Below are positions 19,429 to 29,886 of a DNA stretch of 64,000 nucleotides, piece after piece (position 1 is the first letter of the stretch; every line of letters starts with the position of its first letter). The DNA lies in NCBI GenBank assembly GCA_964397465.1, contig CAYNIC010000011.1:3503-67502 (forward strand), given 5' to 3'. The position numbers were made by a program, and so were the translations under genes. The notes under the pieces are model-generated. The model worked only from the letters and a program-made list of their open reading frames with translations. It searched no databases and was not told the origin of the DNA. This DNA is from an uncultured Rhodospirillales bacterium (lineage in GTDB: Bacteria; Pseudomonadota; Alphaproteobacteria; JAWKYA01).

Positions 19429-21312
19429 TTACTTTTTCTGAGCGAGCTGCTGGCGGGCAGCCGCTTCAATTTCGGAAATCTTGAACGGTTGGCCCGTTAC
19501 CTTGGGCAGGCTGACCGCGGGAACGAGATATTCGGCGCGCAGGAGTTTGACCAACTGGCCGTTATTCATTTCTGGAATGAGAATCTTCTCGTAGCCGCGC
19601 AAAAGATCGCCAAGGTTGGCGGGCAGCGGCCAAATATGCCGGAGATGAATATGGGCCACATCCAATCCTTCGGCCAGCATGTTCGATACCGCGCGGTTGA
19701 TCGGACCGAAGGTCGACCCCCAACCGACGATCGCCAGCTTGCCCTTTTCCTTGCCCAGCTCGACGGTTTGGTTCGGGATATCGCGCACCATGCCCAAAAC
19801 TTTATTGTGCCGGGCGTCGGTCATCTTTTGGTGGTTCGCCGCGTCATAAGAAATATTGCCGCTATTGTAGTCGCGCTCGATGCCGCCGATGCGATGCTCT
19901 AACCCAGGCGTCCCCGGAACCGCCCAGGCGCGGGCGAGGGTTTCCGGATCGCGGAGGAACGGATGAAACCCATTGGGTTCGGTGCGGAACTTGACCGGCG
20001 CCGGTTCATACCGATCCATGGACGGGATTAGCCACGGCTCCGACGCATTGGCAAGATAGCCGTCGGTCAGCACCATGATCGGTGTCATGTATTTGACCGC
20101 CAGCTTGGTGGCGAGAATGGCGACTTCGAAACAATCCGACGGAGAGCGGGTGGCGATAACAGCCATCGGCGCATCGCCGTTGCGTCCCCACACCGCTTGG
20201 AACAAGTCCGATTGTTCGGTCTTGGTGGGAAGACCGGTCGACGGTCCGCCGCGCTGGGAATTGACGACCACCAGGGGCAACTCGGTGGCGATCGCCAGGC
20301 CCAAGGCTTCGCCCTTCAGCGCGATGCCCGGACCCGAGCTGGAGGTGACGCCCAGCGCCCCGGCATAGGAGGCGCCGATCGCGGCGCAGATGGCGGCGAT
20401 TTCATCCTCGGCTTGGAAGGTGGTGACGCCGTAATCGCGCAGCCGCGCCAAATGATGCAGCAAGGCGGATGCCGGCGTAATCGGATAACCGGCGAACAAC
20501 ATTTCAAGATTGCATAGGCTGGCGCCCGCAACCAAACCCCAGGCCAGGGCTTCGGTGCCGGTGACGGTGCGGTAAAGACCCGGCGCGATCTTGGCCGACG
20601 GCACCACATAGGCGCCGATCTCGGCCGGCATCTCGGCGGTCTCGCCGAAGGCGTGGCCCGCGTTCAATGCCGCGACATTGGCTTTCGCGACGTCGTCGCG
20701 TTTGGAGAATTTACCTTCCAGCCATTGCAAGGTCGGACCGCGGTCGCGGCCGAACATCCAATAGACCAGACCCAGGGCCCACATGTTTTTGCAGCGCAGG
20801 GCTTCTTTCTGCGACAAGCCGAACGGCTTCACCGATTCAAGCGTCAACCGCGACATATCCAATTTTAAAATGCGATACTTCGCCGCCAGCTCAGGATCCG
20901 AAAACGGATCAGCAGGATAACCGGCCTTGATGAAATTTTTGTCGTTGAACTGACCGATGTCGACGATCAGCACGCCGCCGGGTTTGAGATCTTTCAGATT
21001 CACCTTCAGCGCGGCGGGATTCATCGCGATTAAAACATCCAAGGCATCGCCCGCGGTTTTGATGACGCGGCCGCCGAAATTAATTTGGAACGCGGACACG
21101 CCGTAGGTCGTGCCAACCGGGGCGCGAATCTCGGCCGGGAAATCCGGGAAGGTGGCAAGGTCGTTCCCCGCCAGAGCGGTTGCTTGGGTAAACTGACTCC
21201 CCGTCAGCTGCATGCCGTCGCCGCTATCTCCGGCGAAGCGGATCACCGCCGATTCAAGTGAGCCTCGTTCGCCGTCGCGACGTTTTTCCTGAACCGTGTT
21301 GGTTCCTTCCAT
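19429..21312 (-). CDS. korA: 2-oxoglutarate/2-oxoacid:ferredoxin oxidoreductase alpha subunit
   Basis: 627 aa with fused gamma/alpha-type domains (FAGDSGDGMQLTG..., YPITPAS). Adjacent to korB. Confidence 0.85.
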   Translation of the reverse strand: MEGTNTVQEKRRDGERGSLESAVIRFAGDSGDGMQLTGSQFTQATALAGNDLATFPDFPAEIRAPVGTTYGVSAFQINFGGRVIKTAGDALDVLIAMNPAALKVNLKDLKPGGVLIVDIGQFNDKNFIKAGYPADPFSDPELAAKYRILKLDMSRLTLESVKPFGLSQKEALRCKNMWALGLVYWMFGRDRGPTLQWLEGKFSKRDDVAKANVAALNAGHAFGETAEMPAEIGAYVVPSAKIAPGLYRTVTGTEALAWGLVAGASLCNLEMLFAGYPITPASALLHHLARLRDYGVTTFQAEDEIAAICAAIGASYAGALGVTSSSGPGIALKGEALGLAIATELPLVVVNSQRGGPSTGLPTKTEQSDLFQAVWGRNGDAPMAVIATRSPSDCFEVAILATKLAVKYMTPIMVLTDGYLANASEPWLIPSMDRYEPAPVKFRTEPNGFHPFLRDPETLARAWAVPGTPGLEHRIGGIERDYNSGNISYDAANHQKMTDARHNKVLGMVRDIPNQTVELGKEKGKLAIVGWGSTFGPINRAVSNMLAEGLDVAHIHLRHIWPLPANLGDLLRGYEKILIPEMNNGQLVKLLRAEYLVPAVSLPKVTGQPFKISEIEAAARQQLAQKK

Positions 21313-21627
21313 AACGCAATTCCCTTTCGACCTTATGGCCGCTTAACCAGATTGCCCTTTTAAGGCATTCCCCCAAATTACAACCCGGACCTCAGTCTGT
21401 CGGTTTGCCGGCAATGATTATCCCGTCGGTTTTACCGACAATGGCTATATCGATGTGTCGGCTTTTATGGGGCTTCGTCTACACCCGGCAGCCCCAGGGT
21501 TCAAGCTTTTCACATAAACCTAAGGCCTCAGGATGAATAGTGCAATCCTATCATATAGTTATGCATAATTAGAGTGTTACATCTACGGTTAAGAGCTATG
21601 CTTGGGGCAGTTGAAGGATTTTCTTCT

Positions 21628-22080
21628 ATGAATGAAGTTTTGTGTATACCTCTAGCCGCAAGCAAGGTGGCATCCTTAGCTCGGGCGCTTCAACAAGACG
21701 GCTTGCCTGCCGAGGATATTTCCGAGCCTGGCCGCAGCTTCTGGCGATTTGAAAATCCTACGGGCGAAATTGTGGGATTTGGTGGGCTTGAGTTTTATGG
21801 GTCGATGGCCTTGTTGCGCTCGGTTGTCGTGATGCCGCAAGTCCGGCGGCAAGGCATCGGGCAAAAGATCGTGCACCAGCTTTTACGATGCGCCCGGGAC
21901 ATGGGCATTATCGAGATTTATCTTTTGACGACGACGGCGCAGGCATTTTTTGAAGCGCAAGGATTTGAGGCTATCGACCGACGTAATGTGCCGGCGGAGA
22001 TTTTAGCGACACGGCAAGCTGCTCAGCTTTGTCCTGGGTCCGCAATAATTCTTACCAAGACAATTAGCGATATCAGCTAA
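21628..22080 (+). CDS. GNAT N-acetyltransferase (ArsN2-like)
   Basis: ORF trimmed to the ATG at 21628 after GAAGGA. Acetyl-CoA motif VRRQGIGQKIV. Confidence 0.65.
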   Translation: MNEVLCIPLAASKVASLARALQQDGLPAEDISEPGRSFWRFENPTGEIVGFGGLEFYGSMALLRSVVVMPQVRRQGIGQKIVHQLLRCARDMGIIEIYLLTTTAQAFFEAQGFEAIDRRNVPAEILATRQAAQLCPGSAIILTKTISDIS

Positions 22081-22087
22081 CGCATCT

Positions 22088-23380
22088 TTATCGCCGATTA
22101 ACCACTTCCAGCATTTCCTTGATGCGGGTGAATTTGCGCCGGGGGGCGCCGCTGGGCGCCGCCGCGATTTCGGCGGCATCGATGGTTTGCCAGTCCTGAA
22201 AGGTCACCGGCACAACCTTGCGCTTGATCAAGTGATCCATGAATTTCGCGCGTCCTGGCCGACCTGAGACTGTACCTACATCCGCAACAATATGCTTGGC
22301 GATCAGATCGCCGTCGGCCTTATTCGTGCCGATGACCCCGGTGGGGCCGCGCATCGCCCACCCCGCCGCATAAAGCCGCGGCGAAATCCGCCCTTCGACA
22401 TTGACGGTATGACCATGGGCCAAATCGAACGGCACATCGGCCAGAGGCACGGCGGCATAACCGATGGCGGCGATCACCAAGCCGCAGGGAATTGTGAAGC
22501 TGCCGGACGGATGGGCGGGATCGGTGGTTTCAAACCGCACAGCTTCGACACGATCGCCGCCGACAATTTCCACCGGCCGCGCATAAAAATGAAAATGGAT
22601 GTGCTTGGTTTTATCCTCGGTGTGGGCGGCAAAGTCGCGTAGCGTGGCAAGGTTACGCTCCTTCAATCGCTTCTCGCGATCGGGCAAGTCGCTCGGCACG
22701 TGATCGGGCAGGTCGGCCGGATCGACAACGGGTGATGCATCCACCAGTTCACCCAGTTCGCGCAGCTCCACATTGGTGAACTTCGCTTCCACTGGTCCGC
22801 GGCGCCCGATCAAATGCACGTCGCGGAGCGGACTGGCGTTGATTTGCTCCGCCGCATGAAGCGCCAGATCGGTTGCCGCCATTTCCTCCGGTGTCTTCAC
22901 CAGAATGCGCGCCACATCGACCGCAACGTTGCCGTTGCCGATTACTACCACGCTGGTGGTATCGAGGGGAGGATGAAGATCGCGAAAGTCAGGATGACCG
23001 TTATACCAGCCGACAAAACTGGCCGAACCAAACACGCCGACTTTTTCTTCGCCAGGAATGCCGAGGGGCCGATCGCCCGGTGCACCAACGCTGAGGACGA
23101 CGGCATCGTAAATCTCCAGCAGTTCCGGAATGGATATATCTTTCCCGACTTCGACATTGCCGAAATAACTGACGCGGTCGTGTTGCGCCGTGCGATCAAA
23201 CGCACGGGTGACTTTCTTGGTGGATTGATGATCGGGGGCCACACCGGCGCGGATTAAACCGAAAGGTGTCGGCAAGCGTTCGATCAGATCGATGGTGACG
23301 TCGGGTGCGGCCTCGATCAAAGCTTCAGCGGTGTAAAACCCTGCCGGCCCCGCGCCAATAATGGCCACCGATAAACCCAA
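22088..23380 (-). CDS. FprA/adrenodoxin-reductase-like NADPH:ferredoxin oxidoreductase
   Basis: VAIIGAGPAGFYTA FAD motif and a second dinucleotide fold VVVIGNGNVAVDVARIL; 430 aa. Confidence 0.8.
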   Translation of the reverse strand: MGLSVAIIGAGPAGFYTAEALIEAAPDVTIDLIERLPTPFGLIRAGVAPDHQSTKKVTRAFDRTAQHDRVSYFGNVEVGKDISIPELLEIYDAVVLSVGAPGDRPLGIPGEEKVGVFGSASFVGWYNGHPDFRDLHPPLDTTSVVVIGNGNVAVDVARILVKTPEEMAATDLALHAAEQINASPLRDVHLIGRRGPVEAKFTNVELRELGELVDASPVVDPADLPDHVPSDLPDREKRLKERNLATLRDFAAHTEDKTKHIHFHFYARPVEIVGGDRVEAVRFETTDPAHPSGSFTIPCGLVIAAIGYAAVPLADVPFDLAHGHTVNVEGRISPRLYAAGWAMRGPTGVIGTNKADGDLIAKHIVADVGTVSGRPGRAKFMDHLIKRKVVPVTFQDWQTIDAAEIAAAPSGAPRRKFTRIKEMLEVVNRR

Positions 23381-23409
23381 AGCTCATCCTCCTCATCTGT
23401 TGTCGTATC

Positions 23410-23739
23410 CTAATTAGACACTTTAACTCCGAAAACAATTATAGCAGCTCCGATCAGGGAAAGTGCCGTACCGGCAAAATCAGTAAGCGTTGGGCGAACG
23501 CCTTCGGCTAACCAAAGCCACCCTAATGATGCGGCAATATATACGCCACCGTATGCTGCATAGGCACGCCCAGCATGGTATGATTCGACCAACGTTAGAA
23601 GATAGGCAAATAGGGCAAGAGACAAAACGCCGGGCACTAGCCACCAGACGGGCTTATCCAGCTTCAGCCAGGCCCAGAAACTGAAACATCCGGCAATCTC
23701 CGCAAGGGCCGCGCCGACATAAGCAAAAATCGTCGTCAT
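23410..23739 (-). CDS. ynfA: YnfA (UPF0060) family small membrane protein
   Basis: 109 aa, 4 [18 protein letters not shown] and [11 protein letters not shown] motifs. Confidence 0.8.
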   Translation of the reverse strand: MTTIFAYVGAALAEIAGCFSFWAWLKLDKPVWWLVPGVLSLALFAYLLTLVESYHAGRAYAAYGGVYIAASLGWLWLAEGVRPTLTDFAGTALSLIGAAIIVFGVKVSN

Positions 23740-23800
23740 TCCTTATCCATAAACGTGGCGATGCCTACCGGGCCTTATACGGATAAGTATAGCACACTCG

Positions 23801-24088
23801 TCAATGCAGCCGGAACTCGGCATTGGCGTGACGAAACTCGGCCGCGGACACGATCGGTTTTTGCGCCAGCCGCACCGAATGAAGCTTGCCGTCGAGATTG
23901 TGAGTCCAAAAATCGAGGAACCCGCGCAAGGCCGGAAACTTCGGGGCCAAATCCAAATCCTGCCAAAGGAAGGTCTGCAAAAGATCCGGATGGTCGGGAA
24001 TATGGTAAAGAATCTCCGCGGTGGTAAGGCGGTATCCCAACAGCAGTTTCTCCGATGCGGTGAGGGAAGTGGTTAATCGCATGCCCAT
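23801..24088 (-). CDS. Usg-family protein
   Basis: GYRLTTAEILYHIPDHPDLLQTFLWQDLDLAPKFP...LHSVRL matches my recollection of the alphaproteobacterial Usg family. Confidence 0.6.
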   Translation of the reverse strand: MGMRLTTSLTASEKLLLGYRLTTAEILYHIPDHPDLLQTFLWQDLDLAPKFPALRGFLDFWTHNLDGKLHSVRLAQKPIVSAAEFRHANAEFRLH

Positions 24089-24260
24089 AGCCCGTCTCCT
24101 TTTGCTCGTCCTATCTCTAAAAAGCGTGGCGATGAGATTAGGTTGCCAGGTTTGAGTTAAAAATCAATTATTACAATAGGTTAGCAGCCTGTCAGGACGA
24201 CTGCTGCTAAGCAGGCGCCCCATAATCGCTTTCAGATGGCAAAAGACCTGAGGCCCTGCC

Positions 24261-24290
24261 CTTGACATCAGGCCCGCAGCAGCTTAAGTG
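24261..24290 (+). promoter_or_regulatory. groESL promoter candidate (TTGACA-17-TTAAGT; also reads CTTG-18-CTTAAGT, RpoH-like)
   Basis: Hexamers read directly, immediately upstream of CIRCE. Confidence 0.4.
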
Positions 24291-24292
24291 CA

Positions 24293-24319
24293 TTGGCACT
24301 CGGTCAGACAGAGTGCTAA
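24293..24319. promoter_or_regulatory. CIRCE operator (HrcA binding site)
   Basis: TTGGCACTC-N9-GAGTGCTAA, one mismatch to TTAGCACTC-N9-GAGTGCTAA. Lies ~105 nt upstream of groES. Confidence 0.85.
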
Positions 24320-24425
24320 CAGTCGATCCACAAGGATCGCTAAGGCTTTGATTTCGATCGATATGTCATTTTGACCATTGGCCTGCTCCTGACGGTGCGG
24401 CCTTACGAAAAAGGGAGACCCCGGC

Positions 24426-24743
24426 ATGAAATTCCGTCCGTTACATGATCGCGTCCTGGTTCGCCGCTTAGAGTCCGAAGAGCGGACCGCAGGCGGCATC
24501 ATCATCCCCGACACGGCAAAGGAAAAGCCGATGGAAGGCGAAGTGGTTGCCGTTGGCCCCGGCGGCCGCGACGAAAACGGCAAGCTTCAAGCGCTCGACG
24601 TCAAAGTCGGCGACCGTATCCTGTTCGGCAAATGGTCCGGCACGGAAGTGAAGCTGGACGGCAAAGAACTCATCATCATGAAAGAATCCGACATCATGGG
24701 GGTTATCGAAGGCACCGCCGGTAAGGCCCGGAAGGCAGCTTAA
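24426..24743 (+). CDS. groES: Co-chaperonin GroES
   Basis: [35 protein letters not shown]. Confidence 0.95.
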   Translation: MKFRPLHDRVLVRRLESEERTAGGIIIPDTAKEKPMEGEVVAVGPGGRDENGKLQALDVKVGDRILFGKWSGTEVKLDGKELIIMKESDIMGVIEGTAGKARKAA

Positions 24744-24784
24744 TCCCCATCGGTTTTTTCACGACCCTTTTAATTTTCACCTGA

Positions 24785-26443
<1,659 letters not shown>

Positions 26444-26473
26444 TCCACCGCAACTCAGCGTCAATTATTACGG

Positions 26474-26507
26474 AAAAGGCCGCGGTTACTCTGCGGCCTT
26501 TTTTGTT
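26474..26507 (+). terminator. Rho-independent terminator of groESL
   Basis: AAAAGGCCGC-loop-GCGGCCTTTT followed by TTGTTT. Confidence 0.75.
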
Positions 26508-26533
26508 TGGGCTGTTTATGGCGACGCAAAACT

Positions 26534-27199
26534 ATGCTTAGGTGGTTCGCAGGTCACCACCGCCATGCTTGGGAGTCTGACTTGTCGCCTTCATCCTTTC
26601 TTTCTGAAATCCGTTTGGGTCTGCGCGCCGCCTATCACGGTCTGTGGGGGCGAACCGAGGTAGTGGCGGCGGTGCCTAATGACCGCGGTATGGCGCTGCG
26701 GTCGTTTCTGGGACCGGTGCTGGCGTCACCCTGGTTTTTCTTCGAGCGGTGGATGGCCTATCGCCTGCCGGTGTGGTTGTACATTCCCTATAATCCGCCG
26801 CGGCTGATTTTCCTCGAGATCATTTACGAGCTGCAAAGCTGGGTGATGTTTCCCTTGGTGGTTTTCGCTTTGACCTCCGTCTTGGGCGGGCGGCAAAACT
26901 TCTGGCGGTTTTTGACCCTCACCAATTGGGCGATGCTGGTGTTGCTGCCGTTTACCATTCTGATCAGTCTTCAGGACTGGGTGTTGGTCGGCGGCAGTGG
27001 TCTGGTTTTGATGGTCACATCATTGATCGTGGCGGCGATCGTGCTGGTGGCGTCGTATCGGTTGCTGAAACTCAGTTTGGATGTAACCTGGGGACGCGCC
27101 GCCTTGATGTTTGCCGTCGGAATTTTGGTGTCCGTGACCATGGATCAGATTTTGCCGGGGATCCTGGGTCTGCCCAGCGAAAGCCTCTTTTACGACTAA
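26534..27199 (+). CDS. Hypothetical polytopic membrane protein
   Basis: ORF 26507..27199 trimmed to the ATG at 26534. Several hydrophobic helices. Family not recognised. Confidence 0.5.
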   Translation: MLRWFAGHHRHAWESDLSPSSFLSEIRLGLRAAYHGLWGRTEVVAAVPNDRGMALRSFLGPVLASPWFFFERWMAYRLPVWLYIPYNPPRLIFLEIIYELQSWVMFPLVVFALTSVLGGRQNFWRFLTLTNWAMLVLLPFTILISLQDWVLVGGSGLVLMVTSLIVAAIVLVASYRLLKLSLDVTWGRAALMFAVGILVSVTMDQILPGILGLPSESLFYD

Positions 27200-27203
27200 C
27201 TGT

Positions 27204-27503
27204 TTATCGCGCGGTACGGTTCATCATCTGACGAATGACAAAGCGCACCGCCGGCGCCGCGATCATCAGTAGCCGCAGTTGCGGCGGCGTTATCCGCAGA
27301 AAGGCCACGGCGCGCGGCGAGGTCATCAACAAGGTCAGAAACATATCCAATCCCTGCAGCGAGGTTTTGGTCAAGCGCGGATTGTTCTTGAAAAAGCGCA
27401 GGATATCGGCGGCGGATTTGGCGCGTGTAATGCGCGCCGTGAAAGCCTTGCGCAAATCAAAGGCCTTAAAATTAAACCGCGACTTAAACGAGGGCACTAC
27501 CAC
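27204..27503 (-). CDS. Hypothetical 99-aa protein
   Basis: G/C-rich third codon positions on the minus frame favour it over the overlapping plus-strand ORFs. No family recognised. Confidence 0.45.
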   Translation of the reverse strand: MVVPSFKSRFNFKAFDLRKAFTARITRAKSAADILRFFKNNPRLTKTSLQGLDMFLTLLMTSPRAVAFLRITPPQLRLLMIAAPAVRFVIRQMMNRTAR

Positions 27504-27592
27504 GAAACCTCACTACCTATGAGACAAGCAGTCTCTTAAATAGTGAGCCGGAGATACTAATTCCAGAGCGAATAACGGCTAAGCTTGAAATC

Positions 27593-28495
27593 TTACCACT
27601 GAAACCCGGCGATTGCCGCGGTGGGAGCTTGCCGCCATTCGTCATAATGTTTGGCCAAGGCGTCGACCGCGGGAGCGGTGCCTTCCTCGATATCCAGCAT
27701 CGCCGCGTGAATGCCGCCGGTGACGAACAGGGAGCTGATGCCCGCGCCGTTGGCGCCGGCGATGTCGGTGCGCAGACTATCGCCGACCGCGATGATGCGA
27801 TTCTTGGCGATCTTGCCGAACAGACCAAAACAGGTTTGGTAAACCGACGGGTAAGGCTTGCCATGCCAGCGCACTTCCCCCGCCAATTCCTCGTAGCGTT
27901 TGGCGATGGCGCCGGCGCAGATCTGCCGCTTGCCGCGATGGATCACCTCCAGATCGGGATTGGCGCAGACCATCGGCAACCTGCGCTTGGCGGCGATCAC
28001 CAAGGCCGGCTCGTAGGTCGCCAGGGCGTCGCCGTCCATGTAGGATCCGGTGTTCAAAATCGCCTCGGCTTTTTCGATGTCGGTGGTCTCGTCAAGATCA
28101 AGCCCCGTCAACATGCCGCGATCCCGCGGCGGACCCATGTGATAGATCCTGCGGCCCAGGTTGGCGTACCATGGATCGCGGCGATCTTTCAGATGCTGCC
28201 AGGTCTCTTCGCCCGAGGTCATGACTTCATGATACAGCGCGCGCGGAATGCCGATCCCGTCCAGCCGCTCTTTCACGTCCTCGGCTCTACGCGGCGCATT
28301 GGACAAAATCACGATATGCTTGTTGTGATCGCGCAGTTTGGTCAGGCAATCGATCACCCCCGGCAAGGGTTTGTCGCCGTCATGGACCACGCCCCAGAGA
28401 TCAAGAATAAATCCATCGTAAGCGTCGGCGATCTGCTGCACGCCGGTCAATAAAGTGGGCCGCTCGGATCGTGCTAGGTTGGTGCTGCTTGTCAT
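27593..28495 (-). CDS. HAD-superfamily hydrolase, subfamily IIA (TIGR01459-like)
   Basis: GFILDLWGVVHDG motif I, ILSNAPR motif II, and C-terminal AVGDSLRTDIAGA. Confidence 0.75.
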   Translation of the reverse strand: MTSSTNLARSERPTLLTGVQQIADAYDGFILDLWGVVHDGDKPLPGVIDCLTKLRDHNKHIVILSNAPRRAEDVKERLDGIGIPRALYHEVMTSGEETWQHLKDRRDPWYANLGRRIYHMGPPRDRGMLTGLDLDETTDIEKAEAILNTGSYMDGDALATYEPALVIAAKRRLPMVCANPDLEVIHRGKRQICAGAIAKRYEELAGEVRWHGKPYPSVYQTCFGLFGKIAKNRIIAVGDSLRTDIAGANGAGISSLFVTGGIHAAMLDIEEGTAPAVDALAKHYDEWRQAPTAAIAGFQW

Positions 28496-29784
28496 ATGGT
28501 GTTGTCTTCTTCATCGTCTGCCGCAACGGCGCGGGTGGTTTTTCCGAACAAGGGTCCTTGACCAAAATCCGGCTGATAGGGACTTAACGCTTCCAATTCG
28601 TCGTCGCGGGTGATGCCGCCGATCACCAGATCGATCCCCGCCTTGTCCAACAGCGACTTGAACACTTTCGGTTCGCTAAGCGGCGCGGTCTGACGGAGCA
28701 ACGGCAGCAGCGGCGCCGCATCGATGCGGACAAACCTTACATGGGCTGCGGCCAAGGCGTCGGCGTCGATCTCGGGTTCCGGCAGATCGGCGACGGCAAA
28801 GCGGAAGCCGAGTTCGGCCAACCGGGTCAAGGATTCCACCGTGGCGGGCGGCAGGCTTAACAGATCGGCAAAGACGATCGACAACACCAAGGATGCCGCA
28901 AGTCCGGCGTTCTCTTCCATGAAATCGACGAAGGCGGGAAAAAACACCCGATCGTTCAGGGTCGATGCCGACAGGGGACAGAAGAATCCCACGTCGGACA
29001 TCCGTTGCCGCGAGCGGCGAATGACCTGCACGCTGCGGAACAGCCGCATATTGTCGATCGCCGCCATCAGCCCCGCGCGCTTTGCAGCGTCGGTATAGCG
29101 ATCGGCGGCGACCATGCTGCCGTCCTCGGCGCGGATGAGGGCCAGGCACTCTTGATAGCGCAGCTTTCGTTGCGGCAGGCTGACGATCGCGCGCAGCTGC
29201 ACCTCGATCCGGTCGTCGCGCAGGGCGTCGCGCACGGTTTCCAAAATCGCCCGGTCTTCCGACGGCAATGATGCCCAAGACGACCCGCCCAAATCCAAGG
29301 CCGGCTGATCGGCATTACCATCCACCAATCCGCCGGCATAAAGTTGCTCTACCAGCAGCTGCAGCAAACGAACCTCGGCCACCACATCTTCCGCGCGATC
29401 GCCGTTGCCGACGGTCAGCTGCGGCGGTGGAATAATCGCTGCCGGTGGAGATGCCGGAGCCGGTAGCGCAGGCGGCGCCGCGACGGCGGGTACGGTTTCA
29501 ACCAAATCCCGCAGCCGCGATCCCTCGTCCCGCAGCTTGATCATCTCGTCGCTCATTTCCAGCACCGCCCGGCGCAACATACCCATGCGGCGGCGGATCG
29601 CCATTTCGCCGCGGCGGCGCAGCATCACCTCGTGGGTCAAGGCGGCGGACATGAAAAATGTAACACCGATGACCGCGGCCAGGGTGGCATCGATAATCGG
29701 CGCCACCTCGGGCAGTAACAATGCGAGTCCGACACCGATGGCCGCATAGATGAAAACCAGCAAAAGATGGAGGACGCGGGACAT
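28492..29784 (-). CDS. Membrane-anchored EAL-like domain protein (degenerate motifs)
   Basis: N-terminal TM helices plus a coiled coil. C-terminal domain has ECL (in place of EAL), VRIDAAPL, GGITRDDE and FGQGPLFG but lacks DDFGTG. Start uncertain (ATG 29784 chosen). Confidence 0.55.
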   Translation of the reverse strand: MSRVLHLLLVFIYAAIGVGLALLLPEVAPIIDATLAAVIGVTFFMSAALTHEVMLRRRGEMAIRRRMGMLRRAVLEMSDEMIKLRDEGSRLRDLVETVPAVAAPPALPAPASPPAAIIPPPQLTVGNGDRAEDVVAEVRLLQLLVEQLYAGGLVDGNADQPALDLGGSSWASLPSEDRAILETVRDALRDDRIEVQLRAIVSLPQRKLRYQECLALIRAEDGSMVAADRYTDAAKRAGLMAAIDNMRLFRSVQVIRRSRQRMSDVGFFCPLSASTLNDRVFFPAFVDFMEENAGLAASLVLSIVFADLLSLPPATVESLTRLAELGFRFAVADLPEPEIDADALAAAHVRFVRIDAAPLLPLLRQTAPLSEPKVFKSLLDKAGIDLVIGGITRDDELEALSPYQPDFGQGPLFGKTTRAVAADDEEDNTI

Positions 29785-29886
29785 GCGGAGGGGGATAACC
29801 TTACGCGGGAGATGAAGGGCCAGAGAATGCCGCGATCTTGGCCGCCCGTGCAAATGATTTTCCCGCTAAACTGTTTTTCTAACCGT

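Noticed and set aside
27235-27539. Plus-strand ORFs (95 and 86 aa) overlapping the 27204-27503 minus-strand ORF.
   Set aside because: Third-position G/C bias fits the minus frame. The plus-frame translations are Arg/Lys-rich with no features.
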